64,000 nucleotides of DNA from the human T2T-CHM13v2.0 reference genome, Homo sapiens. The position numbers and the translations under genes were made by a program. Below, piece by piece: positions 51,802 through 64,000 of this stretch. The notes under the pieces are model-generated. The model was not told the origin of the DNA. It did not search any database and worked only from the letters and a program-made list of their open reading frames with translations. The stretch lies in the NCBI RefSeq assembly GCF_009914755.1, contig NC_060930.1. The stretch is one strand, 5' to 3'. Position 1 is the first letter of the stretch. Each line of letters starts with the position of its first letter.

Positions 51802-54054
51802 TGCATTAGTTCATTTTCATGCTGCTGTTAAAGACATACCCGAAACTGGGAACAAAAAGAGGTTTAATTGGATTTACAGTTCCACACGGCTGGGGAAGCC
51901 TCAGAATCATGGTGGGAGGTGAAAGGCACTTCTTACATGGTGGCAGCAAGAAAAAAATGAGGAAGAAGCAAAAGCATAAATCCCTGATAAACCCATCAGA
52001 CCTTGTGAGACTTATTCACTATCACAAGATCAGCCCCCATGATTCAATTACGTCCACCTTGGTCCCTCCTATAACACATGGGAATTCTGGGAGATACAAT
52101 TCAAGCTGAGATTTGGGTGGGGACACAGCCAAACCATATCATTTCACCCCTGGCCACTCCAAATCTCACATCCTCACATTTCAAAACCAATCACGCCTTC
52201 TCAACAGTCCCCCGGTCTTAACTCATTTCAGCATTAATCCAAAGTCCACAGTCCAAAGTCTCATCTGAGACAAGGCAAGTCCCTTCTGCCTATGAGCCTG
52301 TAAAATCAAAAGCAAGCTAGTTACTTCCTAGATACAATGGTGTTACAGGTATTGGGTAAATACAGCCATTCCGAATGGGAGAAATTAGCCAAAGCAAAGG
52401 GGTTACAGGGCCCATGCAAGTCCAAAATCCAGTGCTGCAGTCAAATTTTAAAGCTCCAAAATGATCTCCTTTGACTCCAGGTCTCACATCCAAGTCACAC
52501 TGATGCAAAAGGTGGGTTCCCATAGTCTTGGGCAGCTCCACCCCTGTGGCTTTGCAGGGTACAGCTTCCCTCCTTGCTGCTTTCACTGGCTAGGGTTGAG
52601 TATCTGTGGCTTTTCCAAGTGCAAGGTGCAAGCTGCCAGTGGATCTACCACTCTGGGGTCTGGAGGACGGTGGCCCTCTTCTCACAGCTGCACTAGGCAG
52701 TGCCCCAGTAGAGACTCTGCATGAGGGCTCCAACCCCATGTTTCCCTTCTCCACTGCCCCAGCAGAGGTTCTCCATGAGGGCCCCAACCCTGCAGCAAAT
52801 TTTTTCCTGGGCATCCAGGCATTTCCATACATCTGAAATCTAGGCAGAGGTTCCCAAACCTCTGTTCTTGACTTCCGTGCACCCACAGGCTCAACATCAT
52901 GTGGAAGCTTCAAGCCTTGGGGCTTCTACCCTCTGAAGTACCTTGGACCCTTTCAACCTAGGCTAGAGCAGCTGGGACACAGGTCACCAAGCCCCTAGGC
53001 TGCACACAGCACGGGGACCCTGGGCCCCGCCAATGAAACCACTTTTTCCTCCTGGGTTCCAAGCCTGTGATGGGAGAGGCTTCCATGAAGGTCTCTGACA
53101 TGGCCTGGAGACATTTTCCCTGTGGTCTCAGGGATTAACATTAGGCTATTTGCTACTTATGCAAATTTCTGCAGCTGGCTTGAATTTCTCCTAAAAAAAA
53201 ATGGGTATTTCTTTTCTACTGCATTGTCAGGCTGCAAATTTTCTGAGCTTTTATGCTCTGTTTTCCTTTTAAAACCGAATGCTCTAAACAGCACCCAAGT
53301 CACCTCTTGAATGCTTGGCTGCTGAGAAATTTCTTCCACCAGAAACCCTAAATCATCTCTCTCAAGTTCAAAGTTCCACAAATCTCTAGGGCAGGGGCAA
53401 AATGCCGCCAGTCTCTTTGCTAAAACATAACAAGAGTCACCTTTACTCCAGTTCCCAACAAGTTCCTCACCTCCATCTGAGACCACCTCAGCCTGGACCT
53501 TGTTGTTCATATCACTCTCAGCATTTTTGTCAAAGCCATTCAACAAGTCTCTAGGAGGTTCCAAACTTTCCCACATTTTTCTGTCTTCTTCTGAGCTCTC
53601 CCAAACTGTTTCAACTTCTGCCTGCTACCCAGTTCCAGAGTCGCTTCCGCATTTTCGGGTATCTTTTCAGCAACGCCCCACTCTACTACTGGTACGAATT
53701 TACTGTATTAGTTCGTTCTTATGTTGCTGATAAAGACATACTCAAATCTGGGAACAAAAAGAGGTTTAATTGGACTTACAGTTCCACATGGCTGGGGAGG
53801 CCTCAGAGTCATGGTAGGAGGCAAAAGGCACTTCTTACATGGCAGCGGCAAGGGAAAAATGAAGAGGCAAATGCAGAAACCCCTGATAAACCCATCAGAT
53901 CTCATGAGACTTATTCACTATCACAAGAATAACATGGGAAAAACGGGCCCCCATGATTCAATTACCTCCCCCTGGGTCCCTCCCACAACACATGGGAATT
54001 CTGGGAGATACAATTCAAGTTGAGATTTAGGTGGGACACAGCCAAACCATATCA
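51802..54054 (-). mobile_element. Full-length THE1 (THE1A/B-like) MaLR provirus: LTR 51802-52141, internal 52142-53703, LTR 53704-54054
   Basis: Two homologous LTRs ('...gagatttgggtggggacacagccaaaccatatca'), THE1-int sequence between them, and a 5-bp TSD CAGCA at 51797-51801 and 54055-54059. Confidence 0.95.
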
Positions 54055-54972
54055 CAGCATCAGATCTAAGATCCACTTACCTAATCAAGCAGGTCCACAA
54101 CAAACTCTTCACTCATCTGCAGCTACATGAGATTAAGAATGCTGGAGTGTAGCTTTCTAAGAGGGTTCCCACAGTCTCAGGAGATAGTTTTTATTATGGA
54201 AGCATGTACTATTTCTAACGACCAGGAATGTGCCATGTAAACCACAGCCTCTGGGGCCCGTTAGCCTGGGGCTCAGATACCTGAAAGGTATCCAAGGGCA
54301 TCTGAGGCCTCTTAAAGCGTCGCATGCAAGAAAGAGGATTATTTCCTCCTCAGTTGTGCCAAGATGCTGGTATTCTGCAAACTCCTACATCAGAGACATC
54401 TGAAGAACAAAGCTCACAATTATACCCATTTTCAAAAGATCCTTAAAATTTTGAAAAAAATTTTGTATTTTCTGACCATTTTTCCTTTCCATTTGTATTA
54501 ATTCACCTTAAAGAAATAGCTTTTTAAGAAAGATAAAAAATTATAAAATATTTATTACCGTAACAGTGCAGATTTCATTTCAGTTACAATTTCATTCCTT
54601 CTTATATTTCCAATATTTAGCTTTGATACATTTTTGGGCTGTCTTTTTAATTGCCATGTTGTTTGAGATATCAAATCAAAGTCATTATATTTTTATTCAA
54701 TATATATTTCTCATTACATGCTATTTTACTTATACTTCTAAGACCACATTTCTATGCCATCTGCTAACCTTTCATCAATTTTTTTTATTTCTTCTAGGGA
54801 TTGTATTGTCAGATTATTAACTTCAATCAGAAAATCTTTTCGTAGGGAAAATACAACCCTTTTACTTCTCTCATCTTGTCGATTTCTCATCAGTAAGCTA
54901 TGATCTCTTTTCATTTGCATAGTTTCTGTTAGTAAACTTGAAACTTTATTTCCTTAGAAAATAGGTCATAAG

Positions 54973-55395
<423 letters not shown>

Positions 55396-58300
55396 GGAAA
55401 TAGGTCATAAAATAATCTTAACTATTAAGAATCCATCTATTTTTACTAACATCCAATGATTAGTAAGCTGCAACCCAGCAGTTTAAATTATAGTATTAAC
55501 CTATTTTGTTAACTCACCAACACTAGATCATTCTGTCAGTTGATATAAACTATGGATTCTTCTTCCCTTAATAATCTTAATAATATCTCTTAATAAAGAA
55601 ACTATGTACAATGAACTTCCTCCTCTTGCACTTATTTGTATTTGAGTGCCTGAAACCTATTAGACATTCTCCTTTTGTACCTCATAGTTGTAATACGGAT
55701 CTAATTTACCAATGAATTCTACTTAGTTAAATTTGAATTCATTTATTTCTGAAGTGTCTCTTTATTAAAAAGCTGTACTTTTATTATATTTAGCATATGG
55801 AATTTAAGATACATTGTTTTAGCTACTTTGCTTTTAAATATATCTTTCTGCCCTTAAATATAATCAATCTCAATTCTCAGTATCCAGCATTTTTAACTGA
55901 CTGCAGTGAATTGATCACATTCTCATCAATTAGCAATTAATTGACTAAAGATGAAGAACCATGGCTTAGGAAGTTTGTATAGTTTATTTCAAACAGCTTA
56001 GATTGTAGAAGAGCCATGATTACAACCCATGTATCTGACTCCAAATACCCTAAAAGAGCTTAGAATATTACTGGAAAATATAAACACTCTCACAAAGAGA
56101 GAGAGACAGAAACAAATGTTAAAACCCCTTTTTTTAAACAAGTGGTACATGCAATATGTGTCCTCAACTGGAGTGTATGGTGGGGGATTATTCAATGAAA
56201 TCTTCTCAACCTCATCCCTAGCTAAGAAGACGGCTCCAGGAGGAAAGAGTGAAAGATTAGTCAAAGGTCAGCAGAGATAGCCCCATGGATTTGAATGGGA
56301 TCACAAGACAGGTAGGTAGGCTATGGATATTGGGTGTGGGAGTGCTGTAAGTGAAAGACTTTTCTGGCAAACATCAATCATCAGAGCTGCAGAAAGGGAG
56401 TTCTTCTCACTGCCAGCTGCGCCATCTTGCTTTCCATCATTCAGCTAAGACAGACCCTATCACCCTCCCCCCATACCCTACCACTTTCCTAAGTTGCCTC
56501 TTCTTCAGAGTCACATCTTCAAATCATCTTTATCAAGTATTAAAAGGAAAAATCACAATAAATAAATATGAAAGCAAAAAAACTGAACATACAAGATGGC
56601 AGATATGAAACTTAGATAGCTAAACTCTAGTCACAAATTTCTTAACCAAGAAAATGTTCTAAAGACATACAGGTCCCTGCATGTCTTTTCATCTACAAGG
56701 ATACCCCTGCCTGAAATTATTTTAGGGGGCCTTGTTAAAAAGGAGATTAGTCCTTTCCGGAATTCAGTTTTTAGTCTTTCAAGGATGCCCCACATTCCCT
56801 TCCCCCAAACTAGTCAGTTGCATCCTACTCCCAAAATCAGTGCTCTGAATCAGCCAAATCTGTGATTTCCCTAATCTCTGGCCTCTTTCGGTGACAAAAG
56901 TCCTTTTCCAATCTGGGCCTAAGAAGTCCTGGGGGACTCTGACCCTCTAGGGGTTCTAGGATCATCTTGTGTGTGTTCTCCTGGCCTGTGATAGTGCTTG
57001 GCTCAGCATTTAGTGAGACGGCTTCTTCACCTTGAATTTCCCCAAGCGCAGCATCTAAGCAAAGACTCCATCACTGTGGTATAGCATGAGGTGGCAAGTT
57101 TCATGTTGGTCTGGCTCAGTCCCAACTTCCCACACTCTTTTGGCCAAATCCCTAATTAAATCTGTTTGCCAAATGTCCTTTGTCTTTTAATGAGAGCTGT
57201 GGATTCACCCCCTGAAAACAAATGCACACACACATGAATCTTTGCATGTGATTTTAGGAGGTTCACAGGTATTTGGAATCTCATTCATGGATTTTCTAGA
57301 GATCCATGGACTCTACTTTAAGAACCCCTGTCTCATAACCTCCCATCTTTCCCAGGTTCTGGTCTAAGGAAACCATACAGTACCTAGCTTGTGTGTAAGC
57401 ACAGATGTCTCATAGCTGCAAATCTCATGTCATCAATCTATCCTCTCAACTCTGCTTTCCTACGATGGACTAATAACAAAAGTTGAAGCCTTTATCATTG
57501 CAGTTTTCAAATCATGGAGCCATACAACCGTCAAAAAGAGAGGGACTGTCTACTCTCTGAAGAAATAATTTACAGGAGAAAAGACATGGAGAAACAATGG
57601 GATCACTTTGAAAGACAGAAAACTAGCTGAACAGAAGCAGAGCTGGAGTTATAAAGGACGAGGCTAGGCAAGAAGGGCAGCCCCACATGCGGAGGCCTTG
57701 ATGTAAAACTGAAAAGTCCAAGCTATCCTATAATAATTTTACTTAGGAAAACCTTTGAGGAGAGCAATGGCTTAGAAAGATGGATGTGGTTTTGAGGAGC
57801 AAGATGGACAGCAAGGACGAGGGTCTAGAAACCAGAAAGTCCATAGCAGGATGTGGTGACTAAGGTAAAAGCATGAGGGAGTGGGGGTCTGAACAAGGAT
57901 AGAAAGAACTTCTCCAACTACATAGCAGAACTATAGAGAATCAATAGGACTCTGCAGCAAATTGAAATTGGTGACAAGACTCAGAGGGAGGTAGAAGGGG
58001 AACAGGAAAAGATAATGAAAAAGCTTTGAGCCTAGTTGATTTTGAAGATACTGCTTAAGGATAAAACAAAACAATTAATGGGATTTGCAACTGGAATTAG
58101 TTCAGTTAGAAATGAAGATAAATTTCCACTGCAATTGTAGCATCTCTTTCGCTGAATTGTTTAGATAAAGCATAGATGCTTAGCAAGTTTCTAACACCTA
58201 GCAAATTGACTGGATACGCTCTCAGGACAATTTCTATTTTTCATTCTGTAAGTCCATGAGTCTAAAGCCATATAGACATGCTGTCCAATGCTGCAGATGA

Positions 58301-58524
58301 AAAGTGAAAAATCAGCCCACCTGGATATTATGGTACATAACTAAGTTATATTTGTCAACTACTAGGCAAGGCATTCTAATGAGCTGGATTTTTCTTTCTT
58401 CAAATGTCTTGTTATTTCACGAATCCACCCCATGTGAAGCAATCTCCTACTTACAGTGACAGCCTGGGCAGGTAGAACTTATTTCCTGTATATTCCGCAA
58501 TGCATAAAATTTTGAGCTTCATCA

Positions 58525-58911
<387 letters not shown>

Positions 58912-58919
58912 TTATACAC

Positions 58920-59085
58920 AGTATCTACTCTAATCCTTACAGTAACTTTATGATGTAAGTGCTATTATTATTATTGCCATTTTAAAGATGAGGGGTTTGA
59001 GGCTTAGAGAATATTAAGTACCAAGGTCATGTAGCTACTAGGCAACAGAGTAAATCCAGGTGCGTTTAACTCCAAAGCTTTTCTA
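58920..59085 (-). mobile_element. MIR
   Basis: 'taatccttacagtaactttatgatgtaagtgctattatt...gatgaggggtttgaggcttagaga...ccaaggtca'. Confidence 0.75.
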
Positions 59086-60039
59086 TTAGTGTGTGAACAG
59101 TTTGAGTGTGTCTAAGCCAGTGGTCCTTGTAAAACTGTATATTCCCTGCTGCTCTTTTTAAAACTAATTCTTCAATAAATGTTTATTAGATGGATAGATA
59201 GGATGGTTGAAAGGATAGATAAATGGATGGGTGGGGATGTTTGATGAATTAGGACAACCAATGGACAATACATTTCTGCTAAGAACCAGGCTCCCAAACA
59301 AAAGCATTTGTAGAGCCTTCCTGTTTGTGTACCAGGTACTCAGCTGAAGTGCCTCTTCTAGCAACAAGCATAAAGGCAGGAGATAAGTGTGTTTCTCACC
59401 TGTGTCAAGTGGTCTGTCAACCACTTCCCTGATGGCTATTAACTCATCATCTCCAGCAGATGTTGTGTTTAACCCAGATAGGGCCCTGGCTCCCCATCTC
59501 TCACTTTCAGGTGTTAACCTCACTACATGTGGTTGCAATGCTCTATACAGCATATCTTACCAAAAAAAATCTAAAAACCACATAAGTTCAGCAGGATCCA
59601 CATAGACGTGTATAAAGCACATAACTATTTTTAAAGGTGACAGAAAAAATGTCTACATCCAACCTTTCCAGACAGGGAGAGCATCTTTAAAAGATAATAA
59701 ATAGACATGTACTATACATCTATCATTTATGTTTTGCACAATACTAAGAACTACAACTTAATAAATTTAAGTGGAGATGGACCAAAAAATTTATAGATAT
59801 AGATATACACACAAAATTACACATATGGATTATACAACACACATATACATGCACCTTATATATAAGCTATATATGTATGTATAAATAATTGAAATATAAT
59901 GCAATAAATAAAATAGAAGCAATTACAACACTCAGACTGATGAGAAATAATAGAGCTCAGAGCTGGAGGCATTCTTTGCCAAGACTCAATGGTATGAAGG
60001 AAAGAAACTATGCCATCTACTACATTTTTCCTCTGTTGT

Positions 60040-60515
60040 GGAGAAAATTAACTTAGAGTGCACACCTTTTAGAATGTCTGCCCAGCCCACACCCCTCTTC
60101 TTTGAGAACAGGCCCCCCAGCATCCCTGTGTGTACTACACGAGCCTGTCCAACCATTGCTGATTAGACACATGACTCGAGTCAATCAGACTCTCCTGAAA
60201 ATGTGGCTTGCAACTGAGAAATGCCTATCAAAAGGGACCTGAGAATGTGTGAACTTGGGAGAGCCAGAAGCATAAAGACATAGATGATAGGAATCTGCAG
60301 AGAGAGAGAAATGATACAGTTCAGGAAAGAAGGATTTTGAGAGATTAAGAAAGTAATTGCCTTGACACCTGTTAGTTTTTAGCTCTTGTTCCAGTACTTT
60401 CCTGAATCCCTGCTTTAATTCCTGCCTTTATGTCTTTGAGGCATCTTTATATGCTTATAATTGGTTTCTCATTTGTGCTTAAACTAGCTCTATTGACTTC
60501 CTATTACAGGCAAAG
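60040..60515 (+). mobile_element. Ancient ERVL LTR (LTR16-like)
   Basis: 'gacacatgactcgagtcaatcagactctc' and 'tttgtgcttaaactagctc' resemble LTR16-family motifs; highly diverged. Confidence 0.4.
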
Positions 60516-62499
60516 GAGGGAACTATATAATCTTCAAGATTCTTTAGCAAAACATATGCAATAATATAAAAACCTTATATATCCTGTAGTATGATATATA
60601 TTTGAGCAAAAATCTGACTAGTATGATTTTTATCACTGTATTAATAGTAAATAATTTAGAGTGAATTTAAAATATGTTAATAGATGAAATAAATTATGGT
60701 ACATACACACAACTGAATTCTAGCCAAACATTTTTAAATGATATGTACATCAGAGAGTTTTCAAAATTAGTTATTTTTTCCCTATTATCTTCTTATGCTT
60801 GGCATCAGGTTCATGGAGCAACTTAATACTGGTCAAATATTTAAAATGCTGACTACTGCAAAGTTTTTCTACAAAAACTAAATGCATAGCTAAATGCATT
60901 ATGACTATAATGTCTTAGTTATTCAGAACAAATGAAGACCAATCTGTTCACAGCCATCATATAAGATTACTCTGTGATTCTCATATGTAAATTATGCTTC
61001 CTTCAACCCCCTTTTTAAGAAAAAAAAGGAAAAGAAAGTTTAATGATCTTCTAATCCAGCCAGGAAACTAAGCACAAATCCTGTTACCTCGATCTTCAGT
61101 AAAACATAGACATATATGCACCTCTCTTTGCACCTCCCTTATTTTTTATGGAAATCTCTACTTCAATGGGATTAAAAAATAAATAAATGTTGGGATTCTC
61201 ATAGTCTAGACATAGGAATAGCCTAATCTAGCACTAGACAGAGAGGGGTTGTCACTAAAGCAAAGATAATGGACAAGGGTAAATGAAAGAAGTGATACCA
61301 CCAAATGGATAAACCAAAGATAATTTGATAATTTTTGAGACTTCAAAATATCAGAAAGTCAGATGCAAAATAATTTTTTAATTGGCTTTCAATATCAGTG
61401 TTTTTAGTGTGCCATAGTGGAAAAACCCATAGACTTGAAAGTCAGCAATATCTGTGACAAAACAGGACCACCACCTGCCTACTGGATGACTTCAGGCCAA
61501 TCACTGAAACTTGCCAAACCTTAGTTTTCTTCCCTGTATATTTGGACAATAGTATCCTAAGGAATTGTTGTAGAGATTAAATGAAATAAAAGAATGAATA
61601 ATTTTTTTAAGTCTTGCTCTTTGATGCCATACTGATTGCCATATAATGACATAAATACTATACTGTAATAGTATTTATGTCATTGACCTTTGGTGCCTAC
61701 CATATGGCAAACCACTTTTTTGCAAAGTCATTAGCCTTTGTCTTGTAAATATTTTTGTTGATATCTTTTTTATGACTATTGCCTCTGTAATATCATTACT
61801 TAGAAGGTTTAACAAGCTTCATAGATCTCTGTCCATTTATCTTAAGCATTAAAATAGAAATTTGGGAGCAATCAAAATATTTAACAATAGGCAACCAGTT
61901 AAACAGCCTATTTCTCATCTCTTTCTCAGGATGTTAGGTAATCAATCTGTTTCAAACACACACATACACATACACAAGCTTTAAAAAAAGGGCAAAGTGT
62001 TTAGAATATATTGTAAGATGAGAAAAAAGTTTACAAAACAGTATTATAATGTGGCCCAATTTTGTAAAAACCAAAATACATTTAGTAGAACAATACACTT
62101 AAAATGATCCCAATTTTGTAAGATAACAGAAGGTGTACCTTGAAAGCTTATTTCTAGCAACTAGGATTATGGATTAATTATGCTTGCTTTCTTTTGCATA
62201 CGTGTGTATGTGTGCAAATAGATAGCTAAATAGAAAAAAAGATAGAGTCTAAAATACACACAGAATGGCAGTTCTTGGTTAAGTTTAATATAATCTGTGG
62301 TAAACCTTGAAATTCCTTAATTGTTGGTGCAGTAATATATAAATCAGGAAGGCAACTTCATAATTTGTAGCAAGGACTATTCCTTTCCAGTAACTAGAAA
62401 GCCTGTGTCTGTTATCCAGGGCCCTGGTTTCCAGGTTTCCTACCTGAGAAGCCTAATTCATTATAAGCAAATAGGCTGGTAAACTCAAAATATGAATAA

Positions 62500-62625
62500 A
62501 GGGACTATACTACCCTGAATGTCAGTTTCTTAAAAGCAGAGCTTTGTCTGCTTGCCCTGCTCTATCCTGAGTCCAGCACAGTGCCTGGCACGTAATAGGT
62601 GTTCAAGAAACATTTGTTTAATGAA
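62500..62625 (+). mobile_element. L2 3' end
   Basis: 'ccagcacagtgcctggcacgtaataggtgttcaagaaacatttgtttaatgaatg'. Confidence 0.8.
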
Positions 62626-63499
62626 TGTCTATTTCATCTAGGACATGTGGAAGCCTGAAGATATCTCCCTACTTCCTCACAGAGTAGATATTCAAATGAG
62701 CAGATAACTAGTGTCCCTCAGACCCAATGTCTCCCTTTCCTCGAAAAGTTTTCTCTGACAGATTCTCACACACACACATTCCTGTTAATATTAACATTGA
62801 ATCAATATTCACTGAGCATTTAATACATGCCAGGCCACATGTATTATTTCATTTACTACCTATAAAGCATGTTCTATTGTTATTTTCCTGTTGTAGGTAC
62901 GGAAACCTAAATGTAGATGGTGTAATTTTCCCAAGGGCACACGGCTATTAAGGTGGAACTGGGGTGTGATCATGGGAATGTCTGAAGCAAAAAAATTGTC
63001 CTTAGCCAATATGCTATATAGGATCATCTATAAGCCTCAGACAAAGATTTTATCTTAAAATGTAATGATAGGAAAAACATCTACCTCAGGAATTAGCTAG
63101 CTTTTTCCTTCTGAAAATGAGACTTAGGTAATTGAGCATTTCTCCTTTTTTTTTTTTTGGCTGCCAGGAAGCTTGGAGACAAATGTAAATATGTTGGCCC
63201 TTACAGACAATAACTTTGGGTTTTCTTTTCCTAGACCTTGACTTTTGTCTCTGTTTCCACGTCCTCTGAGCTTGATTTATATTTCTACTTCTACTTTACT
63301 TTGCTGAATTTTTGCTATAATTACCTTAAATTCTCTGGAGGATTTCAGAATAAAAGAATCATTCATTTGGTATAGAGAAATACATCATTATGTGTTGATT
63401 TTTTTGTATCTCCAATTCACGAAGCTACCACCTCACCGTAGCAACCTCTATATTGCCTAAAAAAAACAATTAACAATTTGTTCCAGGTTCATATACTGT

Positions 63500-63900
63500 A
63501 TCTTCCTTTCAAATATATTCTGTGGTTGTCTCTAAATCATATTAACTTCGAAATTGCTGAAAAGAAAATAAAGCTGATAACTTGATAGCCCAACCACAAT
63601 GTGTGGTTTGGTTTTCTTGTTTAATTTTAGACCCTACTTTTCAGTGACATCCGTTCAGACTTGAAACTTCAGTCACTTGCTGACCTTAATTCTTAGAGTA
63701 TCAGATGAAGTCAGCATTACCAAAGGGAAGTCCACCATAAAACAAATTTGCATGTGCCTGCTAACGTATAGGTGTATAATTCTACATGTATTGTTTGAAA
63801 AAAAAATGGAAAGTTTTCTGACCCACTTTAAATCAGTGTTTCAGTAAAAGACTAATGATAAACTCACCTAAGGAAGAGGCTTGGTTTCCATGAGGTTAGT
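63500..63900. promoter_or_regulatory. IL17A upstream enhancer (CNS2, ~-5 kb) with ROR response elements
   Basis: Consensus RORE AAAGTGGGTCA (- strand, 63819-63829) within 'gaaagttttctgacccactttaaatca', which I recall as the CNS2 ROR site. Also a second RORE-like TGACCTTAATT 63681-63691, RUNX AACCACA 63592-63598 and TGTGGTTT 63602-63609, octamer ATTTGCAT 63746-63753 and kB-like GGGAAGTCCA 63725-63734. IL17A itself lies beyond the window. Confidence 0.8.
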
Positions 63901-64000
63901 AGTTATTACTCAAAGGATAAATTGACATGCTCATATTATCTGCTTGATTGTAGATTTTAATGTAGGGACTGGGGAAACACTGTTGATGGTTTGCAGTTGT

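Noticed and set aside
52317-53576. Several 70-140-aa ORFs
   Set aside because: Decayed THE1 internal sequence; the same peptides recur at 43667-44339.

Overview
Human (primate) genomic DNA with no credible protein-coding gene. Two exact pre-miRNA hairpins on the + strand, MIR206 (27057-27142) and MIR133B (31631-31749), identify it as the chr6p12.2 muscle miRNA cluster between PKHD1 (outside, left) and IL17A (outside, right). The main system is a multi-output non-coding locus, linc-MD1/LINCMD1. It has myogenic E-box-rich upstream regions (~15.1-15.3 kb, ~18.8-20.0 kb, ~26.3-26.6 kb) and candidate 5' exon(s) at ~18.85-19.83 kb. miR-206 lies in the long intron, while miR-133b lies inside the terminal exon, which begins at a clear acceptor (31572). 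Drosha cropping of miR-133b and survival of the spliced lncRNA are therefore mutually exclusive. This system is already published, so it is not new; the details noted around it may be. These are a canonical miR-133 seed site in the candidate 5' exon, a 68-aa ORF running through the miR-133b hairpin, asymmetric Microprocessor motifs, inverted Alus around the exon and DUX4 motifs in three THE1 LTRs. The last ~500 bp carry ROR, RUNX, octamer and kB-like motifs matching the IL17A CNS2 enhancer. Much of the remainder is interspersed repeat (Alu, L1, L2, MIR, MaLR/ERVL LTRs, a full-length THE1 provirus with TSDs, hAT and mariner MITEs). Repeat subfamily calls and boundaries are by eye and approximate.
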